Source of the DNA: Candidatus Marinacidobacterales bacterium
GTDB taxonomy: Bacteria > Acidobacteriota > Vicinamibacteria > Marinacidobacterales > DATDRI01
NCBI GenBank assembly: GCA_965219415.1
Contig: OZ244742.1
Span: 576,001 to 640,000, forward strand
DNA: 64,000 nt
Direction: 5' to 3'
Both the position numbers and the translations under genes were made by a program. Positions 20,720-31,105 of this stretch are shown piece by piece. The notes under the pieces were generated by a model. It did no database searches. It worked only from the letters and a program-made list of their open reading frames with translations, and was not told the origin of the DNA. Position 1 is the first letter of the stretch. Every line of letters begins with the position of its first letter.

Positions 20720-22813
20720 CTACTCTATCGCGGATCGCGGTGAAGGGAAGAAACGCGCGTCAGCTCGGCGTCGCTCAGGGCGGCGACGCGTATAGTAGTA
20801 GCCAAGCGCTCGGCTCGCACCTGCGCGCCTCGATCGAGCTCGAGTCCCCCGAAACGAACGTGATAGTAGATCCGGGTCAGCTCGGTTAGACCTGGCAATC
20901 GGCCTTCGAGTGATTCGGCGTATTCGGCAGGCGTCGCTTCCAGGTGCACGATGGAATCCCATTTTCTCTAGCTTCACCAGCAAATCTCCGTAGAACCGAA
21001 CCGCGGATGCCGGCCCCAAGCTGCGGAACGCGATCGGTTTGAAGGGCCAACGTAGATGGAGTTTCGCCCACCACTTCTTACCGACCCGCCTCGTTGCGAC
21101 AACTACGACCAGAACGAACAGGCACCCAATCAGAGCCAGCCACTTGGCCCCCTCCTTGGCGAAGGCGATCGTCTTGCCCGCCAAGCCCACCGTCCATCCG
21201 AGTACTCCGCCCGCCCCCCTCAGGACCCCCCGTTGCCGCTCGTAGTCAAACGTGATGACGTATACATCCCACAGCATCCGGAGCGAATCGATGCTCTTGG
21301 CGACGAACTCGAAAGTCCGGGCCTCATTGCCACCGATCGCTGGAGGCGTAGGGTCGAAGCTTATCCAACCCCGTTGTGGCTCGAAGACTTCGACCCACGC
21401 GTGGGCATCCTCTTTTCGCACCACCTCGAAATGACCGACATCGTTGAGCTCACCTCCCAGGAAACCCGTCGCGATACGCGCCGGCACTCCTCGGGCTCTC
21501 AAAATCATCACCATGGTAGTCGCGAAAAACTCGCAATGCCCGGCTCGGGTCTCGAACAAAAAGTCTTCCAACGGATCCTTACGCTGGCGCGGTGGCGTGT
21601 TCAGCGTATACCCGTACTCGCTTTCGAGATAACTCTCCACCGCGGAAGCCATTTCCTGTGTCGATCTTCCTTCCGGAACGACCTCGCTAACGAGCTCTTG
21701 GAAATCGTCGGAGAAAGGCGGCACCTGAAGGTAAAACTGCCGGGATTCATAGCCGAGCCACACCGCTCCGAGAGAAGATGATTCCGGAGGTGCATCAGGC
21801 CGCCACTCGACGGTGTAGCGCCGACCGGCCCTTCGAGACCTTCCGGTGCGCACGGCCAGATATGGATCCACGAAAACGTAGGGCAGCGGCGTCAATAGGC
21901 GTTGAGAAGCGGGGGGCAGGAAAATGAGGTCTGTATCCAAAGGCTCGAGAAACACTTCGCTCGCGATCCCTTCCTCACCGGTCGGACGCTCCAACAGGAA
22001 CGGACCATCGGGCGACCTGGGGAGCTCCGACATGCCATTTAGGGTCTTGCTCCACTGGCCATCGGCGTACCGATCGTAGGACGCACCACGCCACCGAGGC
22101 GCCGTGATCGGACGGGATTCGTCGACCACCACCCTCATGACGACCTCCCGACTCCGCTTGATCTCCCCGAAGTCACCCAGACGAATCTGCTCATTCAGGC
22201 CGGTGGAGGTGACCCCGCGAAGGCCGCTGATTCGAAATCCCCCGTGGGTGGAACGTGGGAGCAGCACGAAGACGGTTCCAGCGAGGACGAGCACCGCGGC
22301 ACTCAAGGCAGACGCCGTTCGCATCGCTTGCCGGAGCAACGCTTTTTCGTCGAAGACCGGCGTGTCTTTTATCGCCTGCTCGAGTAACAGCACCAGCGAG
22401 CCGACTAGAACAAAGAGAACGAGAGGCACGAGAAAAGCCAGGGTGATGGTCATAGAAGCGGCCGCCAGCATCTCGAAGAGACAAAGAACATAGAGCCGAT
22501 TGCGATCTCGCCTCGTCCTCAAATGAAGCAACGTATGCACCTTCAGGTAGAACATCAGGTGAACCACAGCGAAGATCAGACGGTCCGAAAGCACGAGCCA
22601 ATCGATAGGGAAAAAAAACAGATAGAGGATGGCCAGAATCGAGGACGCGCCTCTCGCCAGCCCCGACCATGCGCTGTCCTCCTTGGCGAGCCCTACCACC
22701 GGAATCACGGTCAAGACGAGGACCGATAGCCACACCGGTATGTCACCGGTGAGAATGACGGCGAGCGACGAAACCTCACACCAAAGGACGATCGCCAAGC
22801 GCAGAGCCGACAA
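20720..22813 (-). CDS. DUF3488/transglutaminase membrane protein (TgpA-like), frameshift near the C-terminus
   Basis: N-terminal TM region and GHCEFFA, HAWVEV, FDPTP catalytic motifs. Confidence 0.88.
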   Translation of the reverse strand: MSALRLAIVLWCEVSSLAVILTGDIPVWLSVLVLTVIPVVGLAKEDSAWSGLARGASSILAILYLFFFPIDWLVLSDRLIFAVVHLMFYLKVHTLLHLRTRRDRNRLYVLCLFEMLAAASMTITLAFLVPLVLFVLVGSLVLLLEQAIKDTPVFDEKALLRQAMRTASALSAAVLVLAGTVFVLLPRSTHGGFRISGLRGVTSTGLNEQIRLGDFGEIKRSREVVMRVVVDESRPITAPRWRGASYDRYADGQWSKTLNGMSELPRSPDGPFLLERPTGEEGIASEVFLEPLDTDLIFLPPASQRLLTPLPYVFVDPYLAVRTGRSRRAGRRYTVEWRPDAPPESSSLGAVWLGYESRQFYLQVPPFSDDFQELVSEVVPEGRSTQEMASAVESYLESEYGYTLNTPPRQRKDPLEDFLFETRAGHCEFFATTMVMILRARGVPARIATGFLGGELNDVGHFEVVRKEDAHAWVEVFEPQRGWISFDPTPPAIGGNEARTFEFVAKSIDSLRMLWDVYVITFDYERQRGVLRGAGGVLGWTVGLAGKTIAFAKEGAKWLALIGCLFVLVVVVATRRVGKKWWAKLHLRWPFKPIAFRSLGPASAVRFYGDLLVKLEKMGFHRAPGSDACRIRRITRRPIARSNRADPDLLSRSFRGTRARSRRAGASRALGYYYTRRRPERRRADARFFPSPRSAIE

Positions 22814-22846
22814 CGAAGTTATCCCCTCCGCAAAAGGTCTGGAGAT

Positions 22847-24049
22847 TCAGACGCCAATCGTCTGCTCCTGAAAAAGTACCGTCTCCGGATCGACGATGTG
22901 AAGCTGCGGTGCGGACAGAGAACGTAGCGGCCCGCTTTCTCGATAACTCAAAACGAAAACCGTCTCGTCACGGCGGATTGCCTCCCTCACCCAAGTCACA
23001 AGTTCCGGCCCCGAAGTTCGCCGCCGCGGTTGCACGACTGCCAAGTACATGAGAACGCCCCTGCGGTGCTCGATGGATGCTCCATGGGGAAACGTGTCGT
23101 CGATTGACGCAAAGCTGAAAGACAAACCGTGTGCCGCGAGATGCCATGCGAGAGAGGCGGCGGCACCCACCATGGCCTCCAAGGGCTCGGCCGACGCGCC
23201 CGGTGTTTCGTCACCGGTGTTATCGAAAACGATGCTGAAGCGCCGTCGTTGCTCGGCGGCAAACTCCCTGACCATCAACCGCCCGAGCTTAGCGGTCGAT
23301 TTCCAGTGAATGTGGTGCAAATTGTCGCCCGATGCGTACTCCCGCAGCCGAAGGAGCTCTTCACTCTCGCCCCGGCGCTGTCGTTTCGGCACCGAGCCGG
23401 AACGTCCTTGAAAAACGAAGGAGATGTCGACCTGGCTGATGTGAGGAAAGACGGTGATCCTTCGGGCAAGCCGGACCTCCCGCCTGGTTTGAAACAACCC
23501 GAAAGGAAAGCCAGTCTTCAACCGCACCCGTTCGCTCTCGAAGACGCCGCGTCGGGAATAGACCTTCTCGAGAGATACGGTCGCGGCCTGCCCCCGCCCG
23601 AGGTGAGTTACCGAGGCGCTGGGCGAAAGCCCAGGGAAATCGACTTCCTCCAGCTCGATCCCGTACGCGTCCAGCATGCGAGATCGATTGCGAATTAGGA
23701 AACGCTCAGTCGACTTGGTGCCGGCGTAGAGGTCTTCATTCGCCTTCGCGGCCAGCTCGAGCCTTCGAAGCGAAAACCAACCGGCGACTACGGAAATCAA
23801 GGTGCCCCCCAAGCCCACCGAGAACATTAGGTACAGAAGGTTGTTCCGCGTGTTGAACGCGGCGAATCCCATCACGACGAGAAGGAAGAGTAGCCGGAGC
23901 CCGTCTCGCGTTGGGCGTACACCGGACCGGAAACCAGTCTTTCTAAACTGCGAGCCGGATGCCGATTCGACGAGGCGAGCGCCCTTCGCTCCCCCACCTC
24001 GGCCTGCACCCCACTTGCGGCGCCGCCCGGTCCGGAGACGAGGAGACAT
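22847..24049 (-). CDS. DUF58 protein
   Basis: FPFGLF and LREYASGDNLHHIHWKSTAK motifs, located between moxR and tgpA. Confidence 0.88.
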   Translation of the reverse strand: MSPRLRTGRRRKWGAGRGGGAKGARLVESASGSQFRKTGFRSGVRPTRDGLRLLFLLVVMGFAAFNTRNNLLYLMFSVGLGGTLISVVAGWFSLRRLELAAKANEDLYAGTKSTERFLIRNRSRMLDAYGIELEEVDFPGLSPSASVTHLGRGQAATVSLEKVYSRRGVFESERVRLKTGFPFGLFQTRREVRLARRITVFPHISQVDISFVFQGRSGSVPKRQRRGESEELLRLREYASGDNLHHIHWKSTAKLGRLMVREFAAEQRRRFSIVFDNTGDETPGASAEPLEAMVGAAASLAWHLAAHGLSFSFASIDDTFPHGASIEHRRGVLMYLAVVQPRRRTSGPELVTWVREAIRRDETVFVLSYRESGPLRSLSAPQLHIVDPETVLFQEQTIGV

Positions 24050-24056
24050 GTTGTTG

Positions 24057-25065
24057 CTAGAGAGGAACGAGTACCGTTTCTAGTAGCTCGGCGAGTATCG
24101 CGTCCGACTCCTGACCTCGGCCGGCTCCGGCGGAGGCACGAGCGCGCGGAACGATTCGATGTGCGAGCACCGAGATTGCCACCGCCTTGACATCATCCGG
24201 CACTAGGTACGATCGGCCAGAGATGAGGGCGTGGGCCTGGGCGGCGCGTTGCAGCAACAACGTGCCACGCGGACTGACTCCAAGAGCAAGGTCACTCGAT
24301 TGGCGCGTCGCGGCCGCCAACCGGACGAGATAGTCGGCGAGAGAGGCCTCGACTTCAACCGCGCGCACCTGCTTTTGGATCTCTTCCACGTCGTCGCTTG
24401 AAAGGACCGGCTGCACGTCGTCAATCGGATGAGACAGCCGCTGCGCACGGAGGATCTCTTTTTCGTGATTCTCGTCGGGGTACCCCCATACGAATGCGCA
24501 TCAAGAAACGGTCTAGCTGAGATTCAGGAAGAGGGTAAGTGCCGTGGTGCTCGACTGGATTCTGGGTCGCGATCACGATAAACGGCCTAGGAAGCGGATG
24601 AGACGTGCTGTCGACACTGACCTGCGATTCGTTCATCGCTTCCAGCAACGCCGACTGCGTCTTGGAGGTGCTGCGATTGATCTCATCGGCGAGAACCACG
24701 TTGGCGAAGAGAGGACCCTGCTTGAACTCGAAAGTGGAGTTCGTGGGATTGAAAACCGAGACGCCAATAATGTCCGACGGAAGGAGGTCACTGGTGAACT
24801 GGATACGCCGAAAGGTTCCAGCCAGGGACCGAGCCAAAGCCTGACCGAGCATCGTCTTCCCTACGCCGGGCACGTCCTCGATCAACAGGTGGCCTCCCGA
24901 GAACAATGCCACCAAGGCCTGGGTGACGACTTCCGGCTTGCCACGGATGACCCCTTCCACCGATCGGCGAAGTCCCTCTATACGGCCAGTAAGATCCGAG
25001 TCAACGTTGGACGATTGGCTTGTCTTGGGACTGAAGGCCGTGGTTCCCGCACCCTGTGGCTGCAT
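24057..25065 (-). CDS. moxR: MoxR-family AAA+ ATPase, frameshift near 24480
   Basis: [34 protein letters not shown] and GVSPRG motifs. Confidence 0.9.
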
Positions 25066-25118
25066 GTAAACGCCTCGCTTGACGAGAGACCTACCTTCTT
25101 GTAGCATTCGAAATGGAC

Positions 25119-25193
25119 GGGCGATTAACTCAGTGGGAGAGTGCTACCTTCACACGGTAGAAGTCGCAGGTTCAAATCCTGCATCGCCCACCA
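25119..25193 (+). tRNA. tRNA-Val(CAC)
   Basis: GGGCGATTAACTCAGTGGGAGAGTGCTACCTT-CAC-ACGGTAGAAGTCGCAGGTTCAAATCCTGCATCGCCCACCA folds as a cloverleaf with CCA. Confidence 0.95.
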
Positions 25194-25271
25194 CCCCGCC
25201 TCACTTGCCCAGTTAGCCGCGAATGGTGGCACGCTGTACTCGCCGCGCCGCCCAAACGACTTGCGTTTGTC

Positions 25272-25763
25272 TTACGAAACTTTCTCTCGACGCGCGGCCC
25301 CAAATAACAGCAGGGCACCAACGCCGATAAGAAGAATCGGCCAAAGCTTCTCGAGCTCAAGCCAGGGGATGAAGTTCTTGAACAAGAAGGCCGCCCCGAT
25401 GACGATGAGAGCCAGCCCCACGAAGACCGTGGACCGGCGCTCCGGTCGATCTTCGTCGCCCTCGAGCGTGGCCTCGAACTTCTCTGCCAGAGAGCTCCCT
25501 ACTCGCCGCAGCTCGCCGACGACATCTTCCTTCAACTGCTGGTTCTTTGCGAAGGAGGGATTCGGACTCTGCTCGGGATTCTCCGGCACGATGAGCCAAG
25601 CGACCAAATAAACGACCAACCCGGCTCCTCCTAGGAAGATCGCGATGATGAAGACCAACCGGACCAGCGATGGGTCTAGGTTGAAATACTCGGCCAAGCC
25701 GCCGCAAACCCCCGCCACCAAAGCATCCCGGCGGGAGCGGAAGAGTCGTTTTGCCGCCATCAA
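25272..25763 (-). CDS. PspC-domain membrane protein
   Basis: LFRSRRDALVAGVCGGLAEYF PspC motif and C-terminal WPILLIGVG transmembrane hairpin. Confidence 0.88.
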   Translation of the reverse strand: MMAAKRLFRSRRDALVAGVCGGLAEYFNLDPSLVRLVFIIAIFLGGAGLVVYLVAWLIVPENPEQSPNPSFAKNQQLKEDVVGELRRVGSSLAEKFEATLEGDEDRPERRSTVFVGLALIVIGAAFLFKNFIPWLELEKLWPILLIGVGALLLFGAARREKVS

Positions 25764-25883
25764 GCCTCCGCTCCCAAAATTAGCACGCCGGTACCGTCCG
25801 CGTCAAAGTTTTGATGGGAGGGACGTTATAGGCCCGTCTGGCTAGCCCGCTTATTGCAACGACATGGTTTGACGACCTCCGTG

Positions 25884-26792
25884 CTAAATATCCTCGAAAT
25901 GCGTCAGCTCTTTGAACTCCCGGTATCGAGCATCGATGTCGGCTCGGCTAATAGACTCCAGCCGCCGGGTTCCGAAGTCCTCGACGCAGAAGGATCCCAG
26001 GGCACTCCCGAAGATGATGGCTTGCCTAAGAGCCTCATCGGACAACGATTCTTGGCTCGCCAGATAGCCCAGGAAGCCACCCGCGAAAGTGTCCCCGGCC
26101 CCAGTGGGGTCGAATACGGTCTCCAAGGGGTAGGCCGGTGCGGCGAACCGGTGGCTCTCGTTGAATAACAGCACTCCGTGTTCGCCCCGCTTGACGACCA
26201 AGGTCTTCGGACCCATCGCGTGGATTTTCTCGGCGGCACGCACCAGATTGTACTCATCGGTGAGTTGCCGGGTCTCCGAGTCGTTGATCAGCAAGACGTC
26301 GACACGCTCCAGCATTTGGCGGAGCGCATCGGGGGTCCTCTCGATCCAGAAGTTCATCGTGTCGGCGGCGATGAGTTTGGGGCTCTTCACTTGTTCGACG
26401 ACATCCACTTGCAAAGTGGGATGGATATTCCCCAGGAAGACGAAATCCGATGTCCGATAATCCTCGAGGATCGTTGGTTTGAAGTTCTCGAATACGTTGA
26501 GCTCGGTAAAGAGCGTCGTACGTTCGTTGAGGTCATAGCTATACTCGCCCCCCCAACGAAAGGTCTTCCCCGGGGCGGTTTGAAGTCCCGCTAGATCGAT
26601 CGACCTCCCTTCGAAGACGGCGCGCTCCTTGTCCGTGAAATCCTCCCCAACCACCGCGACCATCCCGACGTTGGTAAAGAAGGAGGCCGCCAATGAGAAA
26701 TGGCTTAGTGCTCCCCCCAAGATTTTGTCGACTTCACCGAACGGTGTCTTCAAGGTGTCGAAAGCTACCGAGCCAACAGCAAGAATGGACAT
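25884..26792 (-). CDS. PfkB-family carbohydrate/nucleoside kinase
   Basis: VGSVAFD and DPTGAGDTFAGG motifs. Confidence 0.9.
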   Translation of the reverse strand: MSILAVGSVAFDTLKTPFGEVDKILGGALSHFSLAASFFTNVGMVAVVGEDFTDKERAVFEGRSIDLAGLQTAPGKTFRWGGEYSYDLNERTTLFTELNVFENFKPTILEDYRTSDFVFLGNIHPTLQVDVVEQVKSPKLIAADTMNFWIERTPDALRQMLERVDVLLINDSETRQLTDEYNLVRAAEKIHAMGPKTLVVKRGEHGVLLFNESHRFAAPAYPLETVFDPTGAGDTFAGGFLGYLASQESLSDEALRQAIIFGSALGSFCVEDFGTRRLESISRADIDARYREFKELTHFEDI

Positions 26793-26814
26793 GCGCTTTA
26801 ATTTCTCCTTTACG

Positions 26815-27684
26815 CTATTTCAGGTATTTGCCGACAAGCGGTTCCAGCTCCCGCTTCATCGCGGGCGAGATATGGTCGGGCTGCGTAATGAGAGCGTACT
26901 TTAGTGCGCTAGCACATTCGCACGTTCTCTCGAAGGGCAGCTTCTTAACCGACTCCCGGATCATTTTACGAGCCGTCTCCGCATTTTTTGTCAAGTTTGC
27001 GATCACAGCGTCCACGGTGACCGCCTCCTCACTCTCGTGCCAGCAATCGTAGTCCGTCACCAAAGCCATCGTGGAGTAACAAATCTCCGCCTCACGGGCC
27101 AGCTTCGCCTCTTGGAGGTTGGTCATACCGATGACATCACAACCCCAGGAGCGATAGAGTTTGGATTCCGCTAGAGTCGAAAACTGAGGACCTTCGATAC
27201 AAAGGTATGTCCCTCCTCGATGGATCTTGGCATCGGTGCCGGCTCCCGCCTGGTAGAGGTGCTCGGAAAGAATGGAGCAGAACGGCTGAGCAAACGCCAC
27301 GTGTCCGACGAGTCCGGTATTGAAGAAAGTCGAGATGCGTCCTCGGGTTCGGTCAATGAATTGATCGGGAACGACGATATCCAGTGGAGGGATTTCCTCT
27401 TTCAAGGACCCCACCGCGCTGGCGGACAGAATGTACTCGACACCGAGCAGCTTGAATCCAAAGAGGTTGGCCCTAAAATTCAGCTCGCTCGGGGGAATGC
27501 GATGGCCCTTGCCGTGACGAGCAAGAAACGCAACGCGCTTACCCTCGAGCGTGCCGACAACGTATTTGGCGGAAGGCCAACCGAAAGGGGTCTCGAGAGA
27601 GACTTTTTCGACATCCATGAGCCCGTCCATCTGGTAAAGGCCGCTTCCTCCAATGATTCCGATCTGTGCCTGTGCTTGTGCCAT
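26815..27684 (-). CDS. mtnP: S-methyl-5'-thioadenosine phosphorylase
   Basis: GIIGGSGLY, RHGKGH, EGPQFST, GMT and VTDYDCWH motifs. Confidence 0.93.
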   Translation of the reverse strand: MAQAQAQIGIIGGSGLYQMDGLMDVEKVSLETPFGWPSAKYVVGTLEGKRVAFLARHGKGHRIPPSELNFRANLFGFKLLGVEYILSASAVGSLKEEIPPLDIVVPDQFIDRTRGRISTFFNTGLVGHVAFAQPFCSILSEHLYQAGAGTDAKIHRGGTYLCIEGPQFSTLAESKLYRSWGCDVIGMTNLQEAKLAREAEICYSTMALVTDYDCWHESEEAVTVDAVIANLTKNAETARKMIRESVKKLPFERTCECASALKYALITQPDHISPAMKRELEPLVGKYLK

Positions 27685-27693
27685 CTCTCTTAT

Positions 27694-28089
27694 TCACTCC
27701 TTTTGCTTCAATTCCACTAAGACGCCATGCGTCGACTTCGGATGGACGAACGCCACCAGGTGTCCTCCGGCCCCCGGGCGGGGCTTTTGGTCTATGAGCT
27801 TGGCCCCTTGCTCTTCGAACTCCCGAAGGCTCGCCTCGATATCCTCGACTTCGAAACAAACGTGATGGAGTCCTTCGCCTCTCTTGGCCAGGAACTTCCC
27901 CACGTTGGAATCCTCTTCGTGAGGTTCGAGCAGCTCTAAATTGCTGTCGCCCACCGGCAAGAAGAGCGCCGATACCTTCCACTCGGGTAAATCGTAGCGC
28001 TGGCCCCGGTCGAGCCCGAGAAGCCCACCCCATCGAGTCGCCGCCTCTTCCAGATCATGCACCGCGATGCCGATGTGATGGATCTTCAT
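27694..28089 (-). CDS. mce: methylmalonyl-CoA epimerase
   Basis: IHHIGIAV, GLHHVCFEV and FVHPKSTHGVLVEL motifs, next to meaB. Confidence 0.9.
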   Translation of the reverse strand: MKIHHIGIAVHDLEEAATRWGGLLGLDRGQRYDLPEWKVSALFLPVGDSNLELLEPHEEDSNVGKFLAKRGEGLHHVCFEVEDIEASLREFEEQGAKLIDQKPRPGAGGHLVAFVHPKSTHGVLVELKQKE

Positions 28090-29045
28090 GGATTCTTCTT
28101 TTTTCTAATGGAAGCCAGGACGTTGTCGGCCGCGGCAAACGGATCGATGGACCGCGCCAGCACCCCATCCACGGCGTCCTTCCAAACTTCGTCCTTCACT
28201 TCTTCCCTCAATCGCTGGTGCAAGACTTCGGTGAGCCAACCCTCGACGAAGCGTTTTCGATTCGCCTCGGTGTGCACCCCCGAGACCGCGTCAAACTTCG
28301 CCGCTTCCTCGAAGAGTCGCTCCACGCCTTCGCCCGTCGTTGCGGTGGTACACACAACGGGGGGAGAGCCGGAGGGGTCGTTGTGAGCCGACCTCAATTC
28401 TTCCGCAAGACGATCGGCGCCATCTCGGTCGGCCTTGTTTACCACTAGCACGTCGGCGATTTCAAGGAGTCCCGCCTTGTTGGCTTGAAGCTCATCTCCC
28501 AGACCCGGCGCGAGGACGACGAACGTCAAACCCACCGCGGCGGCCACTTCGACTTCATCCTGACCCACCCCCACGGTCTCTACCAGAATGAAATCCTTGC
28601 CCACCGCTTCGAGCAGTGTAATCGCTTCGAACGTCGCCGCAGCCAATCCCCCGACGTGTCCGCGGGTCGCCATGCTACGGATGAAGATGTCCGGGCTCTG
28701 GTTAGCCGATTCCATGCGGGTCCGATCGCCGAGGAAGGCACCTCCCGAAAAAGGACTGCTTGGATCAATCGCGAGCACGGCAACGTTCTTGCCGCCTTCG
28801 TTAGCCCGGCCTGCAATCGCATCGGCGAGGGTGCTTTTGCCAACGCCCGGTGACCCGGTCAACCCCCAAACCGTGGCCCGTCCCGTCTCGGGATAAAGCT
28901 CCGCCACGAGCTCGCGTCCCTCCGGTCGACGGTTCTCGACGATGGTTAGTGCGCGCGCAAGTGCACGGCTATCGCCCTTCCGCACTCGCGCCGCTAGGTC
29001 TTGCTCACTCATCAGAGTAGGGATCGTACTAGAGATGCGGGTCAC
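28086..29045 (-). CDS. meaB: methylmalonyl-CoA mutase-associated GTPase
   Basis: GSPGVGKST, DPSSPFSGG..LGDR.RM, ETVGVGQ and NKAD motifs. Confidence 0.92.
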   Translation of the reverse strand: MTRISSTIPTLMSEQDLAARVRKGDSRALARALTIVENRRPEGRELVAELYPETGRATVWGLTGSPGVGKSTLADAIAGRANEGGKNVAVLAIDPSSPFSGGAFLGDRTRMESANQSPDIFIRSMATRGHVGGLAAATFEAITLLEAVGKDFILVETVGVGQDEVEVAAAVGLTFVVLAPGLGDELQANKAGLLEIADVLVVNKADRDGADRLAEELRSAHNDPSGSPPVVCTTATTGEGVERLFEEAAKFDAVSGVHTEANRKRFVEGWLTEVLHQRLREEVKDEVWKDAVDGVLARSIDPFAAADNVLASIRKKKNP

Positions 29046-29078
29046 CCGCGAGGCCGTCCCGCTGCGAACTGGAGGAGT

Positions 29079-30221
29079 TTATTTGGAGAGAAGCTGGCGA
29101 GCGATCACCAGCCGCTGAATTTCAGACGTCCCCTCGCCGATCGTGGTGAGCTTCGCATCACGGTAATAGCGTTCGGCCGGATAGTCCTTAATGTAACCGT
29201 AGCCGCCTAGGACCTGCACCGCCTCGTTCGCGGCCCGTACCGCCACCTCGCTGGCGTAGAGCTTCGCCATCGCCGCTTCTTTCGTGTGCGGTTTGCCGTC
29301 GTCCTTTAGGGAAGCGGCACGGTACATGAGAAGACGGGCGGCATCGATCTCCGTCGCCATGTCGGCCAGCTTCCAGCGAATACCTTGAAAGGCAGAGATG
29401 GTTTTTCCGAACTGCTTTCGTTTCTGTGAGTAATCCAGAGCACACTCGAAAGCCGCCTGGGCGATCCCCAACCCGAGCGCCGCGATCCCGATCCGCCCCC
29501 CGTCCAGCACCTTGAGCGAAGCCACGAACCCCTCACCTTGCTGCCCGAGGAGAAACCTCTTCGGGACGCGGCAGTCGTCGAACACCATCTCCGAAGTATC
29601 CGAAGCGCGATGCCCAAGCTTGTCCTCTATCTTGCCGTTCTCGAAGCCCGGCGTGCCGCGAGGGACGATGAACGCCGAGATCCCGTGCGAGCCCTTATCC
29701 TTGTCGGTGACCGCCATGGCGATAGCCACATCGGCGACGCTCCCGTTGGTCGTAAACGTCTTGCTTCCGTTCACGACCCATTCGTCTCCCTCGAGAACCG
29801 CGGTCGTACGCGTGCCGCCGGCGTCGCTCCCCGCCTCCGGCTCGGTGAGACTCCAAGCCCCAATCCATTTCCCCGAGGCCAGGGGGGTCAGAAACTCCTT
29901 TTTTTGTTCTTCCGTCCCCTGTTCGTAAATGTGATTCGCACAAAGAGAAATGTGGGCGGATAGAGTGATCGCTACTGAAGCATCCGCACGCGCCAGCTCC
30001 TCGATCACCAGAGCGTAGTCGACGTACTTGAGACCCGCGCCCCCATATTCGGTCGGGAAGATCACCCCTAGAAAACCAAGCTCGCCCAAAGCCTTGATCG
30101 TTTCCATGGGAAAGATCTTCTTTTCATCCCACTCCTTAGAGTTCGCCAGGATCTCTTTTTCCGCGAAATCGCGCAGGACGCGGCGCATTTCCAGTTGTTC
30201 ATCGCTGAATTCGAAATTCAT
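29079..30221 (-). CDS. acyl-CoA dehydrogenase
   Basis: LTEPEAGSD, NGSKTF, GGYGY and IGEGTSEIQR motifs. Start taken at MNFEFSDEQ. Confidence 0.93.
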   Translation of the reverse strand: MNFEFSDEQLEMRRVLRDFAEKEILANSKEWDEKKIFPMETIKALGELGFLGVIFPTEYGGAGLKYVDYALVIEELARADASVAITLSAHISLCANHIYEQGTEEQKKEFLTPLASGKWIGAWSLTEPEAGSDAGGTRTTAVLEGDEWVVNGSKTFTTNGSVADVAIAMAVTDKDKGSHGISAFIVPRGTPGFENGKIEDKLGHRASDTSEMVFDDCRVPKRFLLGQQGEGFVASLKVLDGGRIGIAALGLGIAQAAFECALDYSQKRKQFGKTISAFQGIRWKLADMATEIDAARLLMYRAASLKDDGKPHTKEAAMAKLYASEVAVRAANEAVQVLGGYGYIKDYPAERYYRDAKLTTIGEGTSEIQRLVIARQLLSK

Positions 30222-30307
30222 TCTATGATTAGTATAAGGAAACACCCAACGCTTCGACAAGAAGATTTGACACTTTGATGACCATTCTCTAGCATTCGCC
30301 GTGAAAG

Positions 30308-31102
30308 ATGACCGACCAGCCGGCAAGTAAAAGAGGGTTCTTTAGACGACACTGGCTCCTCTCAGCGTTCGCAGCGCTCATCGGAGTTTTCACCGCCTAC
30401 CTGACTTACCTAACGGTCAGTCTCCCTTCGGTCGATTTTCTGCGCTCGAAAAACCCCGACACGACGAGCCTGATGACGGCGCGCGCCGCCGAGGCCGGTG
30501 CGAAGGGAGTAGAACCGAAGCATGTGCAGTACTGGGTCCCCCTGACGGACGTCTCGGAACGAGTGATCCAGGCGGTCCGCATGGGAGAAGATGCCGCGTT
30601 CTTCAGCCACTCCGGGTTCGATTTTCACGAGATCCGAGAGTCGGTCCGGAAAAACTTCCAGCGCGGTAAGTATGCTCGCGGCGCCAGCACCATCACCCAG
30701 CAGCTGGCGAAAAACATCTTCCTTTCCACCGAGAAGTCGCTCCAGCGCAAATTGAAAGAAGCGGTTCTGACCTACCGACTCGAAAACGGGCTGTCGAAAA
30801 AGCGCATCCTGGAGCTCTATCTCAACGTCATCGAATGGGGAGATGGCATATACGGCATTGAAGCCGCAGCACGTGCTTACTTCGGAAAGCCCGCAAAATA
30901 CCTCGATGCCGCGGAAGCGGCGTTCTTGGCGGCGATGATTCCCAACCCCCGCCGACTCAACCCCGCCAAACGCTTCGACTCTCTCAAGGTACGGCAAGAG
31001 CGGATCCTCGGCTGGATGGTACGCGCGGGCTTCCTGACCGAAGAGGAGTTCGCCCGGGCCAAGGAACAAACGCTAAATTTGAAGGTCGAGAGCTCCACCT
31101 AG
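30308..31102 (+). CDS. mtgA: monofunctional peptidoglycan transglycosylase
   Basis: EDAAFFSHSG, GASTITQQLAKN, RKLKE and KKRILELYLN motifs. Confidence 0.92.
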   Translation: MTDQPASKRGFFRRHWLLSAFAALIGVFTAYLTYLTVSLPSVDFLRSKNPDTTSLMTARAAEAGAKGVEPKHVQYWVPLTDVSERVIQAVRMGEDAAFFSHSGFDFHEIRESVRKNFQRGKYARGASTITQQLAKNIFLSTEKSLQRKLKEAVLTYRLENGLSKKRILELYLNVIEWGDGIYGIEAAARAYFGKPAKYLDAAEAAFLAAMIPNPRRLNPAKRFDSLKVRQERILGWMVRAGFLTEEEFARAKEQTLNLKVESST

Positions 31103-31105
31103 CCC

